From Hyphomicrobiales bacterium (GTDB lineage Bacteria; Pseudomonadota; Alphaproteobacteria; Rhizobiales; Beijerinckiaceae): 64,000 nt of DNA. Below the pieces are notes generated by a model that searched no databases, was not told where the DNA came from, and saw only the letters and a program-made list of their open reading frames with translations. Numbering within the stretch: position 1 is the first letter of the stretch; each line of letters begins with the position of its first letter. The position numbers and the translations under genes were made by a program. This document shows, piece by piece, positions 1-9,178 of the stretch. The DNA is taken from contig CANGIS010000002.1 in assembly GCA_947454055.1 (NCBI GenBank), forward strand, positions 44,036 to 108,035. Reading direction: 5' to 3'.

Positions 1-466
1 AACTCTTGATGGCATCGTTGGCGAAGGTAAATTTTTCGATTTTGCCGGAAAATTTGACGGTATAGCCATTATACATCGGCTCGGTGAGACCACCTGCCGG
101 TAAGGCCAAATTGAAGACGCTTCCCCGCATACCATCAAGATTGATGCATTCGAAGCTCGCCGTCCGCTCGCCCGTGATCAGCTTGATTTCCTTCGCCTGC
201 AAATTCCATGGCTTGCAGACCCAGTTCTGGATCGTCTGATCGGTCATGGATTCGCGCGTCTCGGTGATAAAGGCGGCCAAGGCCTGTCCGGTTTTATCCG
301 CCTGTGCATCGCCCTGATGGGCTACCGCATCCTGCCAGAGCGCGTAATAACGCTCATCCAGCGCCTTCTGATCGGCAGGCTTCACCTTTGCCTGCGAAAA
401 ACACGCGCTGAGCCCTGCGGCCAAAAGCATTCCAAACAGCAATTTTGCACATGATGTGAGCGACAT
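1..466 (-). CDS. putative lipoprotein (partial; C-terminus lies beyond the window start)
   Basis: Not in the ORF track because it has no stop inside the window. Manual minus-strand translation from ATG 466-464 stays open to base 1: MSLTSCAKLLFGMLLAAGLSACFSQAKVKPADQKALDERYYALWQDAV... It has a hydrophobic signal followed by an L-S-A-C lipobox. Confidence 0.6.
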   Translation of the reverse strand, partial: MSLTSCAKLLFGMLLAAGLSACFSQAKVKPADQKALDERYYALWQDAVAHQGDAQADKTGQALAAFITETRESMTDQTIQNWVCKPWNLQAKEIKLITGERTASFECINLDGMRGSVFNLALPAGGLTEPMYNGYTVKFSGKIEKFTFANDAIKS

Positions 467-593
467 TATTTCATCCCTGACAAAGCGATGCGACCTGACC
501 AACCAACGGCAAAGGGTAGCCTTATTCGATGAACAGCAATTTTCCTGCCAGATGAACGGTCCGCCGACCGCTATTTTACGGACTCCAGATACC

Positions 594-1376
594 TTATCGA
601 TCGAGGCGTCGCCCGCTTTGAAGATAGGCATCAACCATGCGCTCCAGATTGCAATCAACGGTCGGCAGCGCATCCCGCATGCGCCTGGCCATTTCCGGAT
701 CTTCCCCGGCAACATTTGTATTGGCCACGGGCGGCAACGTGGCGATCGTTGGCACTCCCAAGGCTTGAAACAAGCGGCTCGCTCCATCTGCCGTATTGAT
801 ATCCTCGAGATCGCATTCGATCATGGCCAATTTATCGGCATAGAGGCGCTTATAATAAAGTTGTCTGGCGCCCATCTCGTACGCATACCAGATCGCCTGC
901 GCCATCGAGCCAAGATGAATAAAAGGCTGCGTATCGACGATGATATTCCGGTAGCTATAGTGCAAATACCACTGCCAGACGATGGTGGTATTCATAAAGT
1001 CGCGGCGATTTTGGTAGCTAATACATTGCTTGAAAAGATCGCGACGCAGTATGATCAGACAGGTCTGTGGCGCGATGGCATGGTTGGCCAGATTTTCGAC
1101 AAGGCCGCATTTAGCCAGCGTATGGTTCGTCTCGACATAGGCGTTTTGCCCGGCGATTTCATCAAGCTTTCCCTTGTAAAAGCGCTGGATCAGCTCCGTA
1201 TTGCCGCGCTCGTTAAAGGTCCGCATGATTTTGATGTCGGGCATCCGAAAGCCAAAATCATCAATCCCGACAGGTTCGTGGACCGCCGGAATTCCGAGAT
1301 TTTCGCCCAGCAACCGCGCGAGCCAAGCCGTACCCGTACGGCCGCCTGTGATGGTAAACAGATAAGGGTAATTCAT
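594..1376 (-). CDS. sulfotransferase-fold protein (hypothetical)
   Basis: ORF 594..1433(-) trimmed to ATG 1376 (MNYPYLFTITGGRTGTAWLARLL...). TGGRTGTAWL resembles the 5'-PSB PAPS loop, and IILRRDLFKQCISY resembles the 3'-PB region of sulfotransferases. The opposite-strand ORF 456..1385 is Arg-rich and not protein-like. Confidence 0.5.
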   Translation of the reverse strand: MNYPYLFTITGGRTGTAWLARLLGENLGIPAVHEPVGIDDFGFRMPDIKIMRTFNERGNTELIQRFYKGKLDEIAGQNAYVETNHTLAKCGLVENLANHAIAPQTCLIILRRDLFKQCISYQNRRDFMNTTIVWQWYLHYSYRNIIVDTQPFIHLGSMAQAIWYAYEMGARQLYYKRLYADKLAMIECDLEDINTADGASRLFQALGVPTIATLPPVANTNVAGEDPEMARRMRDALPTVDCNLERMVDAYLQSGRRLDR

Positions 1377-1563
1377 GGCACCTAGTCTTATCGGGCACAT
1401 CCTGGAGTTGCAAGAAGACGCCAATTGTTGCACCCGGGGCTTCGGTTGGCATCCGGTATGCGGCGAGGTTGCGCGGTCAATCCAACTTTCTTTGGCAAAA
1501 ACGCGAATAAGTTGTGCCGATGGGGTTGCGCTGAAAAACTTTTATTAATAGACAGATCGCATT

Positions 1564-1648
1564 GCCCCTATGGCGGAACTGGTAGACGCGTCCGACTCAA
1601 AATCGGATTCCGCAAGGAGTGCTGGTTCGATTCCGGCTAGGGGCACCA
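1564..1648 (+). tRNA. tRNA-Leu (anticodon CAA), type II with long variable arm, CCA encoded
   Basis: Cloverleaf folded by hand. Acceptor gccccta/taggggc; 3-bp D stem; anticodon stem tccga/tcgga with loop cuCAAaa; long variable arm; T arm with ttcgatt loop; discriminator a plus cca. Confidence 0.9.
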
Positions 1649-1792
1649 CGCTTCGCCCTGACGGGCTTCGCGTGGCGTAAGCCACGTGAAAACGTCATCT
1701 TGGGCGGAGCAGTGCCCGGCGAAGCTCGCCAGAGCGAAGTCGGGACGGCAACCGGCGAGTGCCGGTCATCCAAACCGAAACTCAGCCCTGTC

Positions 1793-3049
1793 TCACGCCC
1801 ATTCACCCTTCCGGAATACCGGAACCCGCGTTCCATCTACTCCAATGCCATCAATATCCACCTGATCCGAGCCGATCATCCAGTCGATATGGATCAGGCT
1901 CTTATTGCCCCCTTGGGCGGCAATCTGCTCCGGCGTAAGGGTTGCGCCATCCAGGAAACATTTGGCGTAGCACTGGCCGAGGGCGATGTGGCAAGCGGCG
2001 TTTTCATCGAATAACGTATTGAAAAACAACAACCCGCTCTTCGAGATCGGCGAGGAATGCGGCACCAGAGCGACCTCGCCCAAGCGGCTTGCGCCTTCAT
2101 CCGTCTCGAGGACTTTTTTCAACACATCTTCACCGCGCGAGGCCTTCGCCTCGACAATCCTACCCGCCTCGAAACGCACGGAAATATTGTCGATCAACGT
2201 TCCATTGTACGACAAAGGCTTGGTGCTCGAGACATACCCCTCCACCCGATGCGCATGCGGCGTGGTAAAGACTTCTTCGGTCGGGATATTCGGGTTGCAG
2301 GTAATGCCGTTTTTAGCCGTTGAAGCGCCGCCATGCCATTCATGGCCGTCCGCAAGCCCGACAAGCAAATCGGTGCCCGGCCCCTTAAAATGCAGCGATG
2401 CGAAGCGCTGGGCATTCAACCAGGCCGTTTTCGTATGCAATTCGGCATTATGGCTGGCCCATGCGGCAACAGGATCGTCACGATCCACCCTCGATGCGGC
2501 AAAAATCGCATCCGCCAATTTCCGGACAGCATTATCCGGCGTCTCGTTGGGAAACATCTGCTTGGCCCAAGCCGATCCGGGCCAGGCAATAATATTCCAA
2601 TTGATGTCAAATCTGGCAATCTTCTCCAGCGCCGGCTGGTAAGCCATGGAATTGGCCTTATTAGCGCGGGAGACCTTGGCCGGATCCTGCGTTGAGAGAA
2701 GCATCGGATCATCGCCGACGATCGCCAGACGGGCGGTATTGGCTGAAAAAGCCTTTCCCATCCCCTCGTAGAGCCAGCTTGCCGCGCGATCAAAGCTGGC
2801 ATCGGGCGCGAAACGATACCGCGCCAAGGTGATTTCTTCGTCCGTGAAGAACGGCATGACAAGGCCGGCACCCGCTTTATAGGCGTGTTCCGCAATCCGG
2901 CGAACCAGCGGCAATGCCGCCGATGGCGCCGTAATCAGTAAATCCTGACCGGGTTCCAGCCGCAAACCAACCTTGATGGCGGTTTGTGCCAGGCGATCCA
3001 GCTTGACGGGATCAATGACCGAAAGGTTTTCAAGGGAAATCGCATTCAT
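1793..3049 (-). CDS. aminopeptidase, M29 (AmpS/PepS) family
   Basis: 418-aa ORF. N-terminus MNAISLENLSVIDPVKLDRLAQTAIKVGLRLEPGQDLLITAP and overall length are typical of thermophilic-metalloprotease M29 aminopeptidases. Confidence 0.85.
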   Translation of the reverse strand: MNAISLENLSVIDPVKLDRLAQTAIKVGLRLEPGQDLLITAPSAALPLVRRIAEHAYKAGAGLVMPFFTDEEITLARYRFAPDASFDRAASWLYEGMGKAFSANTARLAIVGDDPMLLSTQDPAKVSRANKANSMAYQPALEKIARFDINWNIIAWPGSAWAKQMFPNETPDNAVRKLADAIFAASRVDRDDPVAAWASHNAELHTKTAWLNAQRFASLHFKGPGTDLLVGLADGHEWHGGASTAKNGITCNPNIPTEEVFTTPHAHRVEGYVSSTKPLSYNGTLIDNISVRFEAGRIVEAKASRGEDVLKKVLETDEGASRLGEVALVPHSSPISKSGLLFFNTLFDENAACHIALGQCYAKCFLDGATLTPEQIAAQGGNKSLIHIDWMIGSDQVDIDGIGVDGTRVPVFRKGEWA

Positions 3050-3089
3050 GGGGAACGGGCCTCGTCTGCTGTCTCTATTGAAGTCAAAA

Positions 3090-3308
3090 TTATCGTTCGG
3101 AGTCGTCGATCATCCGCGCTTCGTCGGGCAGCATGATCGGTATTCCATCGCGGATCGGATAGGCCAGACGCGCCGCCGAGCTAACCAATTCCTGCCGCTC
3201 GGCATCATATCGGAGCACCGATTTGGTCAAAGGGCACACCAGAAGTTCGAGCAGTTTCGGATCGATATGTCGCTCGGTCGAGGCGGCGCTTTCATTCGAG
3301 GAATGCAT
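3090..3308 (-). CDS. Trm112/UPF0434 family small protein
   Basis: ORF 3090..3461 trimmed to ATG 3308, because the upstream part overlaps the neighbouring gene. [46 protein letters not shown] is the Trm112p-like signature. Confidence 0.8.
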   Translation of the reverse strand: MHSSNESAASTERHIDPKLLELLVCPLTKSVLRYDAERQELVSSAARLAYPIRDGIPIMLPDEARMIDDSER

Positions 3309-3316
3309 GTTTTTTC

Positions 3317-3982
3317 CTATTGTAAGGGCGGTTCGGAGCCATCTTCGCCACGCGCCAGCTCGATTTCCGTGATGGCGACCAGCAATTCGGCCCGTGTCTT
3401 CAAATCGGATGCTTCGAGCAAGGCCTGTTTTTCCCGCGGACCGAAGGGCGCCATCATGCATAGTGCATTCACCAGCGCCTCATTCGAGGCGGCGGAAATG
3501 CCCTTCCAGTCAATCTGGAGCTGGTTGGCCTCGACAAAATCTTTCAGCGAGGTCAACACGGCCTGCCGGTCGACCTCTTCCTCGCCAGCACGCGCGACAA
3601 AGTCCGAAAGGAAGGGGTCATAGTTCACCACGCATTGTCGATAGGGGGTAACGACCGACAATTCCTCACGGATGTGGAACCGCGCCACACCCGTCAGCGA
3701 CAAAATATACCGGCTATCTCCAGTCTCGGCGAATTGCGTGATTCGTCCGATGCACCCCACATCAAAAAGGCCCGCCGACCGGCCGCGCGGATGATCGCCG
3801 GTATCGGGTTGGACGATACCGATCAACCGTGACGTTTTAAGCGCGTCATCGACCATCGCCAGATAACGTGGCTCGAAAATATTCAGCGGCATCTGGCCCC
3901 GTGGTAGCAACAAGGCTCCCGGCAATGGAAAAACCGGGATAATTTCGGGCAGATCGGCTGGACCGGAATAGACAACGTTCAT
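3317..3982 (-). CDS. LON peptidase N-terminal substrate-binding domain protein
   Basis: 221 aa. [34 protein letters not shown] is the Lon N-terminal (LON_substr_bdg) motif. No ATPase or protease domain is present. Confidence 0.85.
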   Translation of the reverse strand: MNVVYSGPADLPEIIPVFPLPGALLLPRGQMPLNIFEPRYLAMVDDALKTSRLIGIVQPDTGDHPRGRSAGLFDVGCIGRITQFAETGDSRYILSLTGVARFHIREELSVVTPYRQCVVNYDPFLSDFVARAGEEEVDRQAVLTSLKDFVEANQLQIDWKGISAASNEALVNALCMMAPFGPREKQALLEASDLKTRAELLVAITEIELARGEDGSEPPLQ

Positions 3983-4030
3983 TGCTCATCTCCGGAAAAA
4001 AGGGGCTAAACACAAAAAGATCGTTATCCC

Positions 4031-4927
4031 TTAACGGAATAACAGGGCAGACAGTTTCCTGCGACCGGCTTTGGTCAGGTCGTCCATCGGGCCCCACGCG
4101 TCAAAAAACTGCAACAACTGAACCCGCGCACCATCGTCGTTCCACGTCCGATCACGTTTGATGATCTCGATCAACGCGTCGGTGGCTTCTTCCCGTTGAC
4201 CGGCACCGGCCAGCGCAAGCGCAAGGTCAAAGCGCGCCTGATGATCATTCGGATTGGCAACAATCGCCGCCTCAAGCGCCGAGGTATCGCCAATCGCCGC
4301 CGCTTGTTCGGCAAGGTCAAGCGCTGCGCTGACGGCCACGATCGCGGGATCGTTTTCTTTGCCATCCGGTACCGCTTCGAGATAGCCGCGGGCCGCATCG
4401 AGATTGCCTAGTTCGATATAGAGCCTGACGATGCCGGCAAGGGCGTGAAGATTTTCGCCATCCTCGACAAGAATTGCCCCATAGGCATCAATGGCGCCGG
4501 CCAAATCGCCCGTTTCCGCCAGCTTTCCGGCGGCTTCGAGCCGTGCGGCCGCATCATCTTCCACCGGACCCACCAGCCGTTCGATAAAACCGGCGATCTG
4601 GGATTCGGGCAGTGCACCCACAAATCCGTCAATCGGCTGGCCTTTGCTGAACGCGATCACAGCCGGAATGGATTGGATGCCGAGTTGACCGGCAATTTGC
4701 GGATGGTCGTCAATGTTCATCTTGACGAGTTTGACACGGCCTTTGGCGGCTTCAACGACGCGCTCGATAACCGGGCCGAGCTGTTTGCACGGACCGCACC
4801 ACGGAGCCCAAAAGTCAACGAGAACCGGCTGCGCCATCGATTCCGCGACAACATCGTCGCGAAAACTCGCTGTGGTCACGTCCTTAACTGCTGCAGCGGC
4901 CCGACTTGCACCGTCTATTAGCGTCAT
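4031..4927 (-). CDS. thioredoxin-domain plus TPR co-chaperone (YbbN/CnoX-like)
   Basis: 298 aa. The N-terminal thioredoxin fold carries VLVDFWAPWCGPCKQL, and the C-terminal half is helical and TPR-like. Confidence 0.85.
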   Translation of the reverse strand: MTLIDGASRAAAAVKDVTTASFRDDVVAESMAQPVLVDFWAPWCGPCKQLGPVIERVVEAAKGRVKLVKMNIDDHPQIAGQLGIQSIPAVIAFSKGQPIDGFVGALPESQIAGFIERLVGPVEDDAAARLEAAGKLAETGDLAGAIDAYGAILVEDGENLHALAGIVRLYIELGNLDAARGYLEAVPDGKENDPAIVAVSAALDLAEQAAAIGDTSALEAAIVANPNDHQARFDLALALAGAGQREEATDALIEIIKRDRTWNDDGARVQLLQFFDAWGPMDDLTKAGRRKLSALLFR

Positions 4928-5055
4928 TACCCCTGTCTCCCTGCTCGATCGGCAACTGGCAAACGATACGCCGACCTCCGACGCGGAATCGCTTTCTTAG
5001 ATGAAATAGGGAGGAACAGCCGAAAGAACAATCCGCCTGCTACCTCACGTCGCGG

Positions 5056-5571
5056 CTATTCGTGCTCCGGAGCCGGTTCGCCGACCTTCGCGATGAGGGG
5101 GGAATGACCTGTGGACGCCATGAAGGCTACAAGATCGTCCCGCCCGAGGCTTGTCGTCATCGTATTGACCAAAGGGTGAACATTGATGACATCGTAGCCC
5201 ATCAGGCGCTCGTCCAGAATAGCCGTAACGCGTCCTTCTTTGTCGTTATAAACCGCCAAGGGCGTTACCGAGCCCGGCTCGACGCCCAAATTTTCACGCA
5301 GCTGGTCGGCAGAGCAAAAACTGACCCGTCCCTGCCCGCCAATCACCTCATGAATGGTTTTCAGGTCGATTTTTGTATCTTCCAGCGCGGAGATCAAAAA
5401 TAAATTGCTCTTTTTATCTTTCAAAAACAGGTTTTTGACATGCGCTCCGGCAATTTCGCCGCGCAACTGTTTTGATTCCTCGACCGTAAACACCGCCGGA
5501 TGGTGCCTCGTTTCAAAGGAAATACCCAGAGTTTTAAGGTACATAAAAAGGTCATCAGGGGATGCGGACAT
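5056..5571 (-). CDS. prolyl-tRNA editing protein (ProX/YbaK-type aminoacyl-tRNA deacylase)
   Basis: ORF 5056..5673 trimmed to ATG 5571 (MSASPDDLFMYLKTLGISFETRHHPAVFTVEES...). Length of 171 aa and the HPAVFTVEE / KNLFLKDKK motifs fit the YbaK/ProX family. Confidence 0.75.
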   Translation of the reverse strand: MSASPDDLFMYLKTLGISFETRHHPAVFTVEESKQLRGEIAGAHVKNLFLKDKKSNLFLISALEDTKIDLKTIHEVIGGQGRVSFCSADQLRENLGVEPGSVTPLAVYNDKEGRVTAILDERLMGYDVINVHPLVNTMTTSLGRDDLVAFMASTGHSPLIAKVGEPAPEHE

Positions 5572-5741
5572 GATCGGGCGCTCGTTGATGGGACGTTTAA
5601 TTGCTTCTAGCGAGACGAAGGAAAGCGGGCAAGGCCAAGCTCTCGCATCGGGTAGAACGCGTGTTATGAACAAAACACGCTGAAAGACAGTTGCATCGGC
5701 GAAGAAGATGAGTCATATAGCCGTCATCGCGACGTTAGGAT

Positions 5742-5816
5742 GCGGGTGTAGCTCAGTGGTAGAGCACAACCTTGCCAAGGTTGGGGTCGAGGGTTCAAAT
5801 CCCTTCGCCCGCTCCA
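5742..5816 (+). tRNA. tRNA-Gly (anticodon GCC), CCA encoded
   Basis: Acceptor gcgggtg/cgcccgc (one G-U pair); D arm gctcagtggtagagc; anticodon stem caacc/ggttg with loop ttGCCaa; T arm gagggttcaaatccctt; discriminator t plus cca. Confidence 0.92.
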
Positions 5817-5952
5817 ATGTCGGGAAAACAAAGTTGATGGCATCCTGAACCGGAACCCTCGACTTTATGTTCGATCCGCGGTTGGGCTTTGCCCAGAGCA
5901 GATCGACAAAAAATTTGGGTTCAAATCCCTTCGCCCGCTCCAATGTCGGGAA
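5791..5952 (+). repeat. perfect 36-bp direct repeat (5791-5826 and 5917-5952) duplicating the tRNA-Gly 3' end plus 10 nt of flank
   Basis: gggttcaaatcccttcgcccgctccaatgtcgggaa occurs twice, 90 bp apart. The spacer also holds an inverted 11-mer, gaaccctcgac (5853-5863), which is the reverse complement of tRNA bases 5786-5796. Confidence 0.9.
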
Positions 5953-5954
5953 CT

Positions 5955-5982
5955 AAAAAAGCTGCCGCAGGGCGGCTTTTTT
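5955..5982 (+). terminator. rho-independent terminator after the tRNA-Gly region
   Basis: aaaaaagct-gccgc-agg-gcggc-tttttt. This is a short GC stem flanked by an A-run and a T-run, so it could act in both directions. Confidence 0.55.
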
Positions 5983-6303
5983 ATTGATCCCAAGGCTGCT
6001 GCACCCTTTTTCCTTGACCTTTTGCACCGCAACATGCATTAAAGCGGTACAGCGTCGGTTATCGGCACTGGGACTTGCGTGAAGCGTTGTCAGCTTTTGG
6101 TTGATCCAGACAGGCAACAAAGTCCCGCCGACCGCCAGGGCGATCATAGCGCGCCCCAAGACTTACCCTTGGCCTCCCAAATCACGCGGGGTGTCCTCCG
6201 ACCATCCGGCTCTCTGATGCCGTTTGGCCGTACGAGTCCGACTCCGTCCGCGAACCGATCCGCTCCCTGCGGACCGGTTAATTTGATTTGGAAAGAAACC
6301 AAA

Positions 6304-7785
6304 ATGACCACTTTTGAAACCCTTAAACTCGACGAGAAGCTGCTTCGTGCGCTGAAAAGCGAGGGCTACACGGCTCCAACGCCTATCCAGGCCCAATCCA
6401 TCCCGCACCTGATGGGTGGCGGCGACCTTCTCGGCATCGCACAAACCGGCACCGGTAAAACGGCAGCGTTTGCCCTGCCAATTCTGCAAAAATTATTGTC
6501 GGATCCGAAGCCGACGCCTCGCCGTGGCTGCCGTGCGCTCATTCTGTCGCCGACCCGCGAGCTGGCTGGCCAGATTCAAGAGAGCTTTCGCTCTTATGGC
6601 AAATTCACCAAGCTCACCAGCGAAGTCGTTTATGGCGGCATTCCGATTGGCCGTCAGTTCCGCGCCTTGAACAACGGCGTCGATATTCTGGTCGCAACCC
6701 CGGGCCGCTTGCTCGATCTCGTCAACCAGCGCGCCGTCCATTTGGGCGATGTCGAAGTTTTGGTTCTCGATGAGGCCGATCACATGCTCGATCTCGGCTT
6801 CATCATTGATATCCGAAAGCTCGTCGGCATGACGCCTTCGCGCCGCCAGACCATGTTATTTTCGGCGACGATGCCGAAGGATATCGCCGAATTGGCCTCC
6901 GCCTTCCTGCGCGATCCGGCTCGCGTCGAAGTAACCCCTGTTGCAACGACCGCTGAACGCGTTGAGCAAAAGATCATTTTTGTGGATACAGCCCACAAAC
7001 AGATGCTTCTCCAGAAACTGATGGAAGATCCAACGATCGACCGCGCACTGGTGTTCACGCGTACAAAGCACGGGGCTGACAAGGTTGTGAAGCGCCTTGA
7101 AGAAACAGGTGTTCGCGCCAGTGCAATTCACGGCAATAAGAGCCAGCCACAACGCGAACGCGCGCTGGCTGACTTCAAAGCCGGCAAATTGCGTTTGCTG
7201 ATTGCTACCGATATTGCGGCACGCGGCATCGATGTCGACAATGTTTCGCACGTCATCAATTTTGACCTGCCCAACATGCCGGAAAGCTATGTCCACCGCA
7301 TAGGCCGTACGGCACGCGCGGGTGCTGCTGGCATTGCTATTTCGTTTTGTGACCGCGAGGAGCATAATTTCTTGCGTGCGATTGAACGCACCACACGCCA
7401 GCAAATTCCGGTCGAGGAAAATCCGCTGGGTTCGGGGCTCGGAATGCCGCCACAGCCGCGGGTAAAGGGCGCACCTTCCACGGACAAGCCACGCACGACT
7501 CGGTCCGGTAAGCCGGTTTGGCAGCGTGACCGTCCGGAAAAGAAGCGTTTTGATGGTCCACGTCCCGCAGGCGATGGCATCGCTACGCCACGCCGCGACG
7601 ATCAGGGGCGCCCACAAGAATCACGGCCCCATCAGGGCAAGCCCGCTGCCCATTCCCGTCCGGCACGGCAGGACCATGTCGAGCCAAAGCGTTGGAATTC
7701 CGGCACGAGCAACCCGACCGCTGAGCGCACCGAGAAGCCGTCGCGTGAAGGTATTGTTCAACGCAATCGCCGCTTCGGACGCTAA
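6304..7785 (+). CDS. rhlE: DEAD-box ATP-dependent RNA helicase (RhlE-like) with basic C-terminal tail
   Basis: ORF 6079..7785 trimmed to ATG 6304 (MTTFETLKLDEKLLRALKSEGYTAPTPIQ, the Q-motif). AQTGTGKT, DEAD, SAT and HRIGRTARAG motifs are all present. The C-terminal ~100 aa are rich in Arg, Pro and Gln. Confidence 0.9.
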   Translation: MTTFETLKLDEKLLRALKSEGYTAPTPIQAQSIPHLMGGGDLLGIAQTGTGKTAAFALPILQKLLSDPKPTPRRGCRALILSPTRELAGQIQESFRSYGKFTKLTSEVVYGGIPIGRQFRALNNGVDILVATPGRLLDLVNQRAVHLGDVEVLVLDEADHMLDLGFIIDIRKLVGMTPSRRQTMLFSATMPKDIAELASAFLRDPARVEVTPVATTAERVEQKIIFVDTAHKQMLLQKLMEDPTIDRALVFTRTKHGADKVVKRLEETGVRASAIHGNKSQPQRERALADFKAGKLRLLIATDIAARGIDVDNVSHVINFDLPNMPESYVHRIGRTARAGAAGIAISFCDREEHNFLRAIERTTRQQIPVEENPLGSGLGMPPQPRVKGAPSTDKPRTTRSGKPVWQRDRPEKKRFDGPRPAGDGIATPRRDDQGRPQESRPHQGKPAAHSRPARQDHVEPKRWNSGTSNPTAERTEKPSREGIVQRNRRFGR

Positions 7786-7796
7786 ATAAAGCCAAT

Positions 7797-7840
7797 GGTA
7801 AGGCCGGGCAGCTTGTGTTTGCTGCCCGGCCTTACCATTT
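7797..7840 (+). terminator. strong rho-independent terminator of the helicase gene
   Basis: Perfect 16-bp stem ggtaaggccgggcagc (7797-7812) / gctgcccggccttacc (7821-7836), 8-nt loop, then attt. It overlaps the ORF-track start at 7815, which argues for the downstream start at 7848. Confidence 0.8.
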
Positions 7841-7847
7841 CGGGTGG

Positions 7848-8399
7848 ATGACACGCCACCTGCTCAAACCCTTCTGGATTGTGCTCGCGCTTTTGTTTTT
7901 GTTCGAAGCGTGGCTTTGGGATCTCATCCAACCCCTGATTGCGTGGTTGATCGCGCGCTTGCCTTGGCAGGCTTTCAAAACAGCGCTGGCCCGTAATGTA
8001 GCGCGCTTACCCGCGGCCATTGTCGTCTTTCTATTTGTGGTGCCCGAGGTGATCGGCTTGCCTTTGCAGCTTTTCTCGCTCTGGATTGTCGCCAAGGGCG
8101 CGGTGGTAACCGGAACCCTGCTGTTTATCGCGGTCAAAGCATCAGGACTGGCCTTAGCACTCGTCCTTTTTGAGGCCTGCAAGGAAAAACTGATGGAACT
8201 CGCATGGTTCCGCTTTGTTCATCATCAGGTCATACGGGCACGTGCCTGGGCGAAGGCGCAGGTCGAGCCTTTGTTAGGCGAAATGACCTCGCTTCGTCGC
8301 CGTCTCATGCTCAAAATAACGATGATCACCCGCGACGGCAGTTTCCTCAAAACCCTTCGTCGGATTAGAGCGACGGTGCGACGTCGGATGCAGCCATAA
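7848..8399 (+). CDS. hypothetical inner-membrane protein
   Basis: ORF 7815..8399 trimmed to ATG 7848, just past the terminator hairpin. Several hydrophobic helices (FWIVLALLFLFEAWLW, AAIVVFLFVVPEVIGLPLQLF, GTLLFIAVKASGLALALVLF). No family recognised. Confidence 0.6.
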   Translation: MTRHLLKPFWIVLALLFLFEAWLWDLIQPLIAWLIARLPWQAFKTALARNVARLPAAIVVFLFVVPEVIGLPLQLFSLWIVAKGAVVTGTLLFIAVKASGLALALVLFEACKEKLMELAWFRFVHHQVIRARAWAKAQVEPLLGEMTSLRRRLMLKITMITRDGSFLKTLRRIRATVRRRMQP

Positions 8400-8518
8400 G
8401 ACCTATGCGAATGGCAAGACCCAGCATCGCCTGAAGACAAACCCCTACCCAGTCCGGCTTTCCTCTGCTAAACAGCGCGTCATCGAAGTGTAACACTCAG
8501 CGCTAAGCGGAAAATCCC

Positions 8519-9124
8519 ATGCAGCCTTTTACCTCGCTCACCGGCGTCGCAGCTCCCCTCGACATTATGAATGTCGACACGGACATGATCATCCCGAAGC
8601 AGTACCTCAAGACGATCAAGCGCACCGGCCTGGGCTCGGGCCTTTTCGCAGAGATGCGCTTTAACGAAGACGGCAGCGAGAACCCTGATTTCGTGCTGAA
8701 CCAGCCCGCCTATCGCAAGGCGCAGGTGTTGGTCGCGGGTGACAATTTCGGTTGTGGCTCCTCGCGCGAACATGCCCCATGGGCTTTGCTCGATTTTGGC
8801 ATTCGCTGTGTGATTTCGACGTCTTTCGCCGATATTTTTTACAATAACTGCTTCAAGAACGGCATTTTGCCGATCATCGTATCGCAGTCAGACCTCGACA
8901 AGCTGATGGATGATGCGCGCCGCGGCTCCAATGCCACGCTGTCGGTCGACCTTGAAACGCAAGAAATTCGCGGGCCCGATGGCGGCATTGTGGCGTTCGA
9001 GATTGATTCTTTCCGCAAGCATCTCCTGCTGAACGGCCTTGATGATATCGGCCTGACCATGGAGAAGGCCCCGTCGATTGACAGTTACGAGGCAAAGGCT
9101 GCGGCTTCGCGTCCTTGGCTCTAA
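8519..9124 (+). CDS. leuD: 3-isopropylmalate dehydratase small subunit
   Basis: 201 aa. [39 protein letters not shown] and [17 protein letters not shown] are typical LeuD sequences. Confidence 0.95.
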   Translation: MQPFTSLTGVAAPLDIMNVDTDMIIPKQYLKTIKRTGLGSGLFAEMRFNEDGSENPDFVLNQPAYRKAQVLVAGDNFGCGSSREHAPWALLDFGIRCVISTSFADIFYNNCFKNGILPIIVSQSDLDKLMDDARRGSNATLSVDLETQEIRGPDGGIVAFEIDSFRKHLLLNGLDDIGLTMEKAPSIDSYEAKAAASRPWL

Positions 9125-9178
9125 ACGGCGGTATCGTTTTCGTAATTCCTGTTCCCCTTTGATCTGAAGAGTAGACCC

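Noticed and set aside
1649-1792. Possible att site or island junction downstream of tRNA-Leu
   Set aside because: No duplication of the tRNA-Leu 3' end was found in the window. The only features are a small cgtggc-gtaa-gccacg hairpin and gcgaagc-like fragments, followed directly by a core aminopeptidase gene.
5713-5943. 76-aa ORF on the minus strand
   Set aside because: It runs straight through tRNA-Gly and its duplicated 3' end. It is explained entirely by the tRNA and the repeat.
6079-6303. N-terminal extensions given by the ORF track. Examples are 6079 for the helicase, 12876 for efp, 14901 for sdhC, 15248 for sdhD, 27746 for ptsP, 60917 for ftsY and 58297 for mtaB.
   Set aside because: The extensions overlap neighbouring genes, terminators or tRNAs and have junk-like composition. 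Internal starts reproduce the canonical family N-termini and have SD-like motifs.
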